NCBI GenBank assembly: GCA_002269645.1
Contig: NIVC01000669.1
Coordinates: 1 to 64,000, forward strand
DNA: 64,000 nucleotides
Source of the DNA: Macrostomum lignano
Taxonomy: Eukaryota
Direction of reading: 5' to 3'
The position numbers were made by a program, and so were the translations under genes. Positions 21,568-31,699 of the stretch are shown one piece after another; position 1 is the first letter of the stretch; each line of letters begins with the position of its first letter. The notes beneath the pieces were generated by a model, which worked only from the letters and a program-made list of their open reading frames with translations, was not told the origin of the DNA and did no database searches.

Positions 21568-22619
21568 TGATGTGTTCCTTATTACCAGTCCTCAGCTGTA
21601 ATCAAGGAACAATCACTTCTAGCTCTGTAGCTAGGCAACCCAGTAATCAAATGAAGGTATGTATTACCTTGAGTCCTGTCTCTGAGAGCTCTTCCGTGTT
21701 CTGTTATTCTCGGACTTCCTTTGAACCTCGAACTTCGTTAGACGTCTATGTTCGTAACCAGGTCCGCGTTCCTTTACGTCCACTGAAGTCGTTTCCGGCC
21801 GGTATCTGTAGTGCGGACCAATGGGAAGCTTCCAAATCAACAATGGGTACCCTGCGCCAATCTGCGGTTTAATATAAGCCTACTCCTTCTAGCAGTGCCT
21901 CCATGCACTCTAGGTATAGCTCCGGAAACCACTGATAGTCTTCTAAGATCTATCAGGGGCAGTCCTTCTGGAGACTGCAACCAGCAGAGTCTAAACAGAC
22001 TCAGGAGTCTCAACAGACTCAAATAAACTCAAGTCTCAATAGACTTGAGCGAGACGTCTCAACCAACAGGCGCAAATGAGTAAGGCTTACCGCAAGAACT
22101 CGTCCACGACGCGAGTTTCTTCAGGAAGGCTTCGCTAGAGCTTCCTCTTCGGAGCTTCTCTCTCTTGGAGATTTCTTGGCTCCGGGTCCGTTCCGGACCA
22201 CTTGTATTTATAGGCGTTCAGACCTCTCTCGAGGTCGTACATCACTGTCTTCGCAAATGTCAAAGGGTCACGATTCGGTGGCTGTCAAGCATGACAGGGT
22301 AGAAAGTTGCGCAACTAGTCTACTGTAAAAGCGCATGATTGGTTACCGTAGCTGGTAGACTTTGATTGGTTCATCCGGGTGCAACCCGAGTGCAAACCAA
22401 ATGATGACTTGAAGGTGGGGTTTGAATTGACAGTTGTTGGTCGCACGTGATTGGGTGATTTCTAAAATTAGCATGCTCGAGATTTCTCTCTTTCTATTGG
22501 TTAATTCGAATATATGTATGGTTCAGCGCATATCCTTATACATGCTCCTCAAATTACTACTATTTAAGTAGTACGTTAACAATTTTAAATAACTTTTCTG
22601 GGAGATATAATACTCTACA
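21568..22619 (-). repeat. 5' LTR of copy B, 1052 bp; right end of the array
   Basis: Similarity to the other LTRs stops after ...TACTCTACA; host flank begins aacacggg. Confidence 0.95.
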
Positions 22620-23054
22620 AACACGGGCTACCTTTTTGCGCACCTTTTCAAACAAGAATCAAGTCGTCAGCCCTTCGGACCGTCGAGATATTCGACGATT
22701 CTGCCAGAAGGTCGGATTTTTCCCATAAGCGCCAGTGTATTCAGTACACCTCTGTGCGCCAATCAGCACTGCGCCTCAGTGCAGGCTTGCCAAGCCTCCA
22801 AATTTCATCAGCACGTTGACCACATGTGTCTGCATCAGCTGTGACTTCGTTAGTCCCAGGTGGAGCTTCTCCACTTCAACAGGTGGCACCAGGTGACTAT
22901 GAACACCCTGATGTGAATTTCTCTAGTTTCACTGACCAAGCTTCGACAGTGGGCAAGCCTCGACTGCTGGACATCCTCAGCTAGTCTCTCAAGCATTCCG
23001 TCATCACTCCGACGCCGTCTCCGACTCCGACGCCGACGAAGTCAAAAGTCCCCT

Positions 23055-23333
23055 ATGAGCTTCGGCGCAAAGCATCTGAGCAACTCCCGATGAGCCCCAG
23101 CATTTCAGAAAACCTCCCATGAGCCACAGAATTTCAGAAACCCCCCATGAGCCTTGACACCTCAGCAATTCCCCCCAGAGCCACAACATTTCAGCGAATC
23201 ACCGTAAGCCGTGACATCACAACAATCCCTCATGAGCTACAGCACATTTCAGCAATTCGCCCCATGAATCTTGATATTACACCAATTCCCCCCATGAGCC
23301 ACAGCTTTTCAGAAAGCCCCCGTGAGTCTTGAC
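23055..23333. repeat. Degenerate ~29-30 bp tandem repeat (CCCCATGAGCCACAGAATTTCAGAAA-like)
   Basis: cccatgagcc/atttcag motifs recur at ~30-bp spacing. Confidence 0.5.
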
Positions 23334-24055
23334 AGTCAATGTTGCCTGCCGATAAAAAATTGCAGTATTTTTAACTCGATACCAGGTATAGGTCAAGTCA
23401 TGATGAAATGCAAATAACATAATTTTCATTTAACAATGTATATCCACTGCTCGCAGGAATAGCTAGTCTGGCTACCTAAAGTACATCTAAGCTTGAAAAG
23501 AAACAGGTCATCGTTTTTTTATATGCCGATAGAGAATAATAACAATACTGTCGTCGTCTCATTGCTACATATAGGATAAGAGATAGCCAAAGTTATTTGG
23601 CGGGCCTACTGGCAGTGAATCGTGGGCTGAATACCCCCTCCCCCCCTCCACCCACCCCACCTCAGAGCCAATCACGCCACGCAGCTCTTAAGAATCATTC
23701 TCTACGCGACGCTAACCCGCGCGCCAAACCCCCTAAAAATGTTAGCCCTTACCCCTTTAGCTCTCTGATTGGCTGAGCCAAACCGATCCAATAATGATAA
23801 ACTGGCTAGCAGTGAGTCAGCAGCACTGTATGGTTGACAAATTAAAGCACCACCAGTTAAGTTTACAAGCTATTAGTGGAGGGGAGGTGGGCGGTTTGGG
23901 CTGACCCCAAACTGCACCCCCTCACTGCCCCTCCCCCCCATGCCAGAATCGATAAAAGGCCCCAAGGCGAGCTGAATCACTCAATTAACTTTGCATCACT
24001 CGCCTGCCTGATTATATATTATTATAGCTGTAGAATACAAATTAAATATATAGCT

Positions 24056-24463
24056 ATGCGCTTTGTCACTGTTGCTCTGGCTCTGATGGCAATGGCCGCC
24101 GCTTGCAACGGCTTCGGCTACGGTAGCGCTGGCCCCGCCGAGGTCACCGAAGAGGAATTCGACAAGTACGGCAGGCCCCGCTTAGTCAGTCACTATTTGG
24201 AGAATCCCTACGGCTGGCGCAAGGTGCTGTACGAAGCGCCCAAGGATAGCTATGGCAGCTACAAGTATGGCGGCGGCTACGGCTACGGCGGCGATAGCTA
24301 CGGCTATGGCGATGATAGCTACGGTTATGGCTCTGGCTACGGCTCTGGCTACGGCTCTGGCTACGGCTCTGGCTACGGCTCTGGCTACGGCTCCGGCTAC
24401 GGCTCTGGCTACGGCTCTGGCTATGGCTCTGGCTACGGCGCCAAGTCTGGCAATGTCTACTAA
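24056..24463 (+). CDS. Secreted Gly/Tyr-rich structural protein, 135 aa, (GYGS)9; eggshell/vitelline-protein-like
   Basis: The ATG at 24056 gives signal peptide MRFVTVALALMAMAAACNG. Single exon, GC-rich codons, TATA-like AT stretch upstream, Tyr/Gly repeats and an FDKYG motif. Confidence 0.8.
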   Translation: MRFVTVALALMAMAAACNGFGYGSAGPAEVTEEEFDKYGRPRLVSHYLENPYGWRKVLYEAPKDSYGSYKYGGGYGYGGDSYGYGDDSYGYGSGYGSGYGSGYGSGYGSGYGSGYGSGYGSGYGSGYGAKSGNVY

Positions 24464-24908
24464 AGCCAGAGTGCAGCTATAATCTGTGACTTTAAACAAA
24501 AATTTAAAATATATTGTTTCGAGTTGGTTAATATACGTAGTATACACTTAAAAAACTGCTTTTCTGTTCTTCAATTTGAACTGGTTTGGGTCTTGTTTAA
24601 ATTGGGCTTTGTGAAAAATTATTGAAGAACCAAAGTTAGCTTTTTGAACTTCCTAGTACTTGTGCTACACTATATTTTTGATCTAAAAAATCTGAGTTAA
24701 GAGCTAACGACAATTTATAAAGTAAGAGCAATAAAAGTTTATACTTAGTCTATAGCTGCGATGTGTTGAATCTAAATAAGATAATTTAAACATGCTTTCG
24801 CAAGGTGTACAACGAGCATGTACACTGTGCCTTGTCGGTCGGCCATCGTGCGTGTGAATCGCAGGACCACTCTCTGAGCCAATTTTTGTGTACACGAGCC
24901 CCAAACGA

Positions 24909-25691
24909 ATGTTGCCCCCTCTGAATCAAGTAGGGGTCGTAACGCAAGAGTCTGGCCTCGTTTACCTCTCTGAGCTGCTCTGCCCCACCTGGTCTAGCTC
25001 GACTTCCACCCCAACCGCTCCCGCAGTTCCGGAGCCAGCCCGCCGGCGCCCTCTGACCGCTAGCGGCACTTTTCCAGCAGCACCGGCGTCGAAGCGGCGG
25101 CCATCGACCACAAGAAGCCGATGCCGGACTTCATCGTCAACGGCGCTGCCGCTGGCCCGGTTTGACGCCGGAGAAGCAGCCGATTTCGATGCGGCTGGCG
25201 TGGCGGCCGAGGTGGAGCTGCAAGAACTGGCCGTGCTGTGCCTGCTGTGCCAGGTGCTGCAGACCGACGACCCATCAGTAGTGCACGCCTGGCTGTCCGG
25301 AGCCAGCGAACGCGAGAAGGCACTGGTAGCCGGGGTGCTCAAGACTGCTCTGGACGCTTGGACACTCGACCGAAGCCGACAACATCAGGAGCAGCAACGG
25401 CTGATGCCGTCCAGTCCGAAACAGATCGACCGCCTGGTCATCGATTTTGAGCAGCGAGAACCGCGCGGTCAGGCTGAGAAACCAGCCGCCGCTCGGACAG
25501 ACAACCGCCGTCCGCACCGGCCGGCCGGCTGGCCAATTCGGCTGCTCCGTCCGCAGACGGGCGACGAGGCGACAGTGGCGCCGAGGCAACGCGAACGAGG
25601 CCGGCTGCTGTCGCCGCAGATGCCGCCGCCGCCGCCGCCGCCGCCTCCGCCGCTTCGCGCAGGACACGCGCTTGCAGGAAAGTTGAGGTAA
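24909..25691 (+). CDS. TBATA/SPATIAL-like coding segment (terminal exon or short gene; 5' boundary uncertain)
   Basis: ELQELAVLCLLCQVLQTDDPSVVHAWLSGASEREKALVAGVLKTAL (~25215-25352) resembles, from memory, the conserved TBATA C-terminal motif (QEL.VL.LLCQILQTD....WL..A...EK.L...L.TA). Coding-like GC bias. Confidence 0.55.
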   Translation: MLPPLNQVGVVTQESGLVYLSELLCPTWSSSTSTPTAPAVPEPARRRPLTASGTFPAAPASKRRPSTTRSRCRTSSSTALPLARFDAGEAADFDAAGVAAEVELQELAVLCLLCQVLQTDDPSVVHAWLSGASEREKALVAGVLKTALDAWTLDRSRQHQEQQRLMPSSPKQIDRLVIDFEQREPRGQAEKPAAARTDNRRPHRPAGWPIRLLRPQTGDEATVAPRQRERGRLLSPQMPPPPPPPPPPLRAGHALAGKLR

Positions 25692-26285
25692 GCTGCTTCC
25701 TGAGATGTTGGCTCATCGGAGCTGATAATTGTCCCGTTAGATCCCACTCTAAGTAGCATGCTTAGAGTCGAAGAGTCGAAGGGTTCAAGTTCTTAAATTT
25801 GCTACTCTAAGAAACCAACCATTGCATTGCAGGTACACGCGTCTCGACCCGTCGCTGCAGCCCGACGCTCGAACTGGACTCATTTGGAGACGGCGTGGAC
25901 CGGCTGAGCTGTGGAATCGATTGGGATGAATTTCTAGTAATAATAATGATGTTTTTAATAACTGCTTTCCCATCATAATCGGTCACGGCGTCTATTATGT
26001 TTCAAAATATCAAATAAAGTACGCTAATTTTTATTCAATATTACGAGTATGCATCGAAAAATTTAAGCCCTTAATGATGATCTTCCAGATTTTTCTTTTG
26101 ACTCTGCGATCACAGAAATTCCCCCGCATCCTTGGCGATCACAGAGATTCCCCTGATTCCTTGGCTGCCCCAGCATTTATCTATTGACACCTTGGCGATA
26201 CCCGAAAACTTCCGTTTAGCCCTTTGTTACTCGTAGCTAACAATCTTCCCTCGATGCAGCCACATTAGAATTTCACTGCAGTCTA

Positions 26286-26818
26286 CAACAACAGAATACG
26301 CAGTTGCGTCACAGAGCGCGCCTCAAGGCCAGGTCGCGAATGAACGCCACGCCGCCGGCCGAATCCGGGGCGCCGGCGTCAGCCAGCAGGTAGTCGACCA
26401 AGCGTCGAGTGCGCGCCTGCCCCCGCCGGTAGGATGCCTGCAGCGTCAGCAGCAGCACCTCCTGCACCGGCTCTGGGCATTAAGCCTCGGCGCGGATGAT
26501 GTGGCCTGCCAGCTGGAGTCGCCGACGGCGCATCAGGTCGCCTGGACGGACCAGGCCGGCGCGGCGATACAAAGCCGCGTTGGTCACTCGCTCGTAGCCG
26601 ATCTTGAAGGCGGCACGCAACAGGCCAGCGTGCGCCGTGTCAACTTGTTGCTCGAGCGACTTCGTCAGCGTCCAGGTCTCGGGGTTGTACAGCAAGACAG
26701 TCTCGATCACCGCCTGGAACAACGCCGCCCTCTGGCGGTCAGGTAAGGCCTCGAACTTCAGGACTGCCCTCACAGAACGAACGGCAGCCCAGGCAAGCCC
26801 GCGGCTGTGATGTCATCG
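26286..26818 (-). mobile_element. 5'-truncated RTE-clade non-LTR retrotransposon (533 bp) with 12-bp TSD
   Basis: Post-RT motifs VLLYNPETWTLTK and RRRRLQLAGHIIR, in-frame stop at 26480-26482, short (TTG)n 3' tail, direct repeat CACTGCAGTCTA at 26274-26285 and 26819-26830. Confidence 0.88.
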
Positions 26819-27225
26819 CACTGCAGTCTAACAATGGCAGAGAAGTTTTCAAATCAAACGAAGCCATCGCAAACCAATAGAAATTGATTATTCAACTGCG
26901 CAAAAGGGAAACCCGTCAAAGGAAACAGAATTCTGCCTTCGCTTCGCTGATTCTAGAAACCGTTGCGCCGGCCGAATAATAGCTGCGACCTGCTGCGACG
27001 GGCAGGGGCTGCTGCAGGGGTTTCCCGGCCAAGTTCCGGGCTTCTGCCGGGTTTAAATGCGATGTTTTTGCTTTTACTCACTCCGCCGCCTGTCGAGTGT
27101 GGGGCGCTGTTTACTGCATATTAGTCACCCACTCACCCGCTCACGAAATAACTTCTTGGTTATTTCACCTCATTCATTCAGCACTGATCCGCTCCATCAC
27201 TCACTTACCTCTAATCTCTATCCTT

Positions 27226-27640
27226 CATCCTTCATCCACTCTCCCATCATCCTTCATCCACTCTCCCCCTCATCCTTCATCCACTCTCCCATCATCCTTC
27301 ATCCACTCTCCCATCATCCTTCATCCACTCTCCCATCATCCTTCATCCACTCTCCCATCATCCTTCATCCACTCTCCCATCATCCTTCATCCACTCTCCC
27401 ATCATCCTTCATCCACTCTCCCATCATCCTTCATCCACTCTCCCATCATCCTTCATCCACTCTCCCATCATCCTTCATCCACTCTCCCATCATCCTTCAT
27501 CCACTCTCCCATCATCCTTCATCCACTCTCCCATCATCCTTCATCCACTCTCCCATCATCCTTCATTCACTCTCCCATCATCCTTCATCCACTCTCCCAT
27601 CATCCTTCATCCACTCTCCCATCATCCTTCATCCACTTTC
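27226..27640. repeat. 22-bp minisatellite (CATCCTTCATCCACTCTCCCAT)n, ~19 units
   Basis: Near-perfect tandem units. Confidence 0.95.
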
Positions 27641-27709
27641 TCCCTCACCTCATTCCTCAACCCCCCTCTCTCATTCCACACTCTCACATATCTCAGCCCA
27701 CAGTCTTCT

Positions 27710-27920
27710 CACCTATCTAATTCACCACTCTCACCTCTCTTATTCCACACTCTCACCTCTCTTATTCCACACTCTCACCTCTCTTATTCCACACTCTCAC
27801 CTCTCTTATTCCACACTCTCACCTCTCTTATTCCACACTCTCACCTCTCTTATTCCATACTCTCACCTCTCTTTTTCCACTCTCACCCCTTTCATTCCCC
27901 ACTCTCACCTCTCACTCCAC
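27710..27920. repeat. 22-bp pyrimidine-rich minisatellite (CTCTCACCTCTCTTATTCCACA)n
   Basis: About 9 units, degenerating at both ends. Confidence 0.85.
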
Positions 27921-28233
27921 ACTCACCTCTCTCCCTCTTCTCTCCCCCATCGCCCCAGAATTTCATGCGCCATTTCTGCAGCAGGATGTTCAGCTGTCTT
28001 GTATAGCCGCGTCCCCCTCTCTCTGAGCAGACCGTCCTGCGGCCTGACGCCAATCAGAGAGCGCGAGAGAAATATGAGTCCGCGCCACCCCAGCCGAGCT
28101 TCAACAAATCGACACCGATTTCAGCGTCAAAAATCTATAAAGATTAAAATATTATTCGCCTTCATATTTTGCTCTGCAAACGCTAAACAGATCCCGTCCA
28201 GCTTCATCAGTATAGTTATTAGGAGACTACGAA

Positions 28234-28450
28234 ATGCCGCATCAAAACCATCAGCATCATCCTCATCAGTCGTTCGACATCACTCGACCGGGTGGCCAGC
28301 CGATTCTGGCCAAGTCCGATCGCATCAAACTATTCGTAGGCCAGATCCCTAGAAACATGGAGGAGCTCGAACTCAGGCCGCTGTTTGAAGAGTTCGGGCC
28401 GATTCTTGAGCTCAGCGTGTTGAAGGACAAGCTGACTGGAATTCACAAAG
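28234..28450 (+). CDS. CELF4-like: CELF3-6/bru-3/unc-75-type RNA-binding protein, exon 1 (RRM1 N-half); full gene is 8 coding exons, 1614 nt, 537 aa
   Basis: [42 protein letters not shown]; donor AAG|GTGAGT, phase 1. Confidence 0.93.
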
Positions 28451-28535
28451 GTGAGTCCTAGCTTTGTCTGAGCAATAGATATTCTGAATCATTGAGTAGC
28501 AGTGTCTGATCGTAGTGGAACAGAAATTCTGTGGA

Positions 28536-29358
28536 GCTGCAGTAGTGTGCGATTGCTATCCAACAGCAATGCTGTAGTAGTCTGTGATTGCTATCCAACA
28601 GCAAGGCTGTAGTAGTGTGTGATTGCTATCCAACAGCAATGCTGTAGTAGTGTGCGATTGCTATCCAACAGCAATGCTGTAGTAGTCTGTGATTGCTATC
28701 CAACAGCAAGGCTGTAGTAGTGTGTGATTGCTATCCAACAGCAATGCTGTAGTAGTGTGTGATTGCTATCCAACAGCAATGCTGTAGTAGTGTGTGATTG
28801 CTATCCAACAGCAATGCTGTAGTAGTGTGTGATTGCTATCCAACAGCAAGGCTGTAGTAGTGTGTGATTGCTATCCAACAGCAAGGCTGTAGTAGTGTGT
28901 GATTGCTATCCAACAGCAATGCTGTAGTAGTGTGTGATTGCTATCCAACAGCAATGCTGTAGTAGTGTGTGATTGCTATCCAACAGCAATGCTGTAGTAG
29001 TGTGTGATTGCTATCCAACAGCAAGGCTGTAGTAGTGTGTGATTGCTATCCAACAGCAAGGCTGTAGTAGTGTGTGATTGCTATCCAACAGCAATGCTGT
29101 AGTAGTGTGTGATTGCTATCCAACAGCAAGGCTGTAGTAGTGTGTGATTGCTATCCAACAGCAATGCTGTAGTAGTGTGTGATTGCTATCCAACAGCAAT
29201 GCTGTAGTAGTGTGTGATTGCTATCCAACAGCAATGCTGTAGTAGTGTGTGATTGCTATCCAACAGCAATGCTGTAGTAGTGTGTGATTGCTATCCAACA
29301 GCAATGCTGTAGTAGTGTGTGATTGCTATCCAACAGCAATGCTGTAGTAGTGTGTGAT
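28536..29358. repeat. 35-bp minisatellite (GCTGTAGTAGTGTGTGATTGCTATCCAACAGCAAT)n, ~23 units, CELF intron 1
   Basis: Tandem units with no spacers; internal ATTGCT/AGCAAT inverted repeat. Confidence 0.95.
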
Positions 29359-30235
29359 AGCCTGCCAGCATCGGCAGCCATGAAATGCACACCCGGGCCC
29401 TCTATTTGACTCCGAGAAAGTCGCGTGCCGCAGGGAATCCGGGATCTGCTTGCCAACAGGATGAATGGGGAAACCAGAGGGGATCTCGCTCGGATCCCCA
29501 AAAGCTGAAAGCCACTTTGCGTGCCGCGGGGATCAAAATGCGGCAACGCGCCTGTCTGTTTTCCCCTGCCATCTCTCTTATATTTCTCCCATTTCTCCCC
29601 ATTCGGCTCAGCTCTGAATCGGCTTCCCCTTTCTGAGCAGCCTATCCCGCATTCCTGACAGAATAGACGGACGTCGGAGGCGATGAGAAATGCAACATTT
29701 GCTGCTTTGCTGGGGCGGCAACAGAAAAAGGCAAAACTCGAAGCAAAAGGGCTGGCGACTTCTCAACACTACAAAGAAGTCATTTCTGCCGTTTCTGTAA
29801 AGAAACTGAGACTCTTACCCATCAGTCTCCGTCAACAGTCAGCCATCTTGAGCTTAGCGGCCACTTGCAATTCAAGCCAATGGCTCTCCACCTCTCTCTC
29901 TTAAAAGCCCGGCCTCACCTGTCTAACTCAAAAACAAGCCACTGCGCAAACAAGCAAGTGTAGTAAGTGCTTGTTCCTAATAAGTCTCGGGGGAGACCCT
30001 GCGCACTTGGGGGTTTACCTGCTGCCGGATTACCGCGTCCTTCTCCTCCGGTCATTCATCAACGGGCAGAATTAAAATTTTCTCTTTCTCTTTAGGCTCA
30101 ATTAATCAGCTCTGATGTTTGTAAGCCGCTCTCGGGCCAACTGCTTGTTCCGAATGTGTTCAGCCGCATTCAGCTCACTGCATTGACAAGCCGTTGGGCA
30201 GAATGAAGAATCCTATTACTCACTCAGGTGAGTAA

Positions 30236-31342
30236 TCACTCTCTGATCCTCAGGTGACCCGTCACTCTCTGATCCTCAGGTGACCCGTCACTCTCTGATC
30301 CTCAGGTGACCCGTCACTCTCTGATCCTCAGGTGACCCGTCACTCTCCGATCCTCAGGTGACCCTTCACTCTCTGATCCTCAGGTGACCCGTCACTCTCT
30401 GATCCTCAGGTGACCCGTCACTCTCTGATCCTCCACAGGTGACCCGTCACTCTCTGATCCTCAGGTGACCCGTCACTCTCTGATCCTCAGGTGACCCGTC
30501 ACTCTCTGATCCTCAGGTGACCCGTCACTCTCTGATCCTCAGGTGACCCGTCACTCTCTGATCCTCAGGTGACCCGTCACTCTCTGATCCTCAGGTGACC
30601 CGTCACTCTCTGATCCTCAGGTGACCCGTCACTCTCTGATCCTCAGGTGACCCGTCACTCTCTGATCCTCAGGTGACCCGTCACTCTCTGATCCTCAGGT
30701 GACCCTATCACTCTCTGATCCTCCACAGGTGACCCGTCACTCTCTGATCCTCAGGTGACCCGTCACTCTCTGATCCTCAGGTGACCCGTCACTCTCTGAT
30801 CCTCAGGTGACCCGTCACTCTCTGATCCTCAGGTGACCCGTCACTCTCTGATCCTCAGGTGACCCGTCACTCTCTGATCCTCAGGTGACCCGTCACTCTC
30901 TGATCCTCAGGTGACCCGTCACTCTCTGATCCTCAGGTGACCCGTCACTCTCTGATCCTCAGGTGACCCTATCACTCTCTGATCCTCCACAGGTGACCCG
31001 TCACTCTCTGATCCTCAGGTGACCCGTCACTCTCTGATCCTCAGGTGACCCGTCACTCTCTGATCCTCAGGTGACCCGTCACTCTCTGATCCTCAGGTGA
31101 CCCGTCACTCTCTGATCCTCAGGTGACCCGTCACTCTCTGATCCTCAGGTGACCCGTCACTCTCTGATCCTCAGGTGACCCGTCACTCTCTGATCCTCAG
31201 GTGACCCGTCACTCTCTGATCCTCAGGTGACCCGTCACTCTCTGATCCTCAGCTGACCCGTCACTCTCTGCTCCTCAGCTGACCTGTCACTCTCTGCTCC
31301 TCAGCTGACCTGTCACTCTCTGCTCCTCAGATGACCCGTCAC
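30236..31342. repeat. 26-bp minisatellite (CACTCTCTGATCCTCAGGTGACCCGT)n, ~42 units, CELF intron 1
   Basis: Near-perfect tandem array; an occasional +CCA variant unit recurs. Confidence 0.95.
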
Positions 31343-31699
31343 CCCATACCCCAGTAACTTCCTTATCACTATGCCGCTTAACGTAGTGACAGTGAAATTT
31401 CGCTTGATTCATGTAGAAGCCATCTCTGCTGTATCTGTATGCTGAGTATAAGCCCAAATAGGCCCCGGGCAAAAGTCTACTAAGATTGTCTTCCTTCTTT
31501 TTTCTAACGTGCGTGATTTTCTATGCCAATCTGCACTGCCTTGGCCACCATTGCTGTTCGATACGAAAATACAAATTATGTTTCATAAGTCTCATTAAAA
31601 CTGCTGCTTGTACTCGCTCAATATCCATCACCCAGTGTGCAAACTTCCCTATCTGTAGACATTTCCGAATTTTCCCTTTCTCCGCTCCCAGAAGTATCC

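Larger units (their letters stand above)
1..22619 (-). mobile_element. Tandem array (2 bodies, 3 LTRs) of an env-bearing Ty3/Gypsy LTR retroelement, unit ~10787 bp
   Basis: Every ORF in 1-10.8 kb recurs at +10786/+10787. PR-RT-RH-IN order is Ty3/Gypsy. LTRs run TG...CA, with PBS and PPT next to them. The window starts 8 nt inside the first LTR. Confidence 0.97.

Noticed and set aside
23876-24055. Track ORF start at GTG 23876 for the GYGS protein
   Set aside because: The signal peptide begins at ATG 24056; the upstream part looks like promoter/UTR.
27057-28352. Long repetitive ORFs (431 aa here; also 31637-32621, 39362-40453, 43238-43732, 45772-46846, 47186-48542, 48805-49530, 50118-51363, 52661-53287)
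   Set aside because: Translations of stop-free satellite DNA lying in CELF introns or upstream; no splice or codon evidence.
28536-29358. 35-bp palindromic repeat resembling a CRISPR repeat
   Set aside because: No unique spacers, eukaryotic intron, no cas genes; it is a plain minisatellite.
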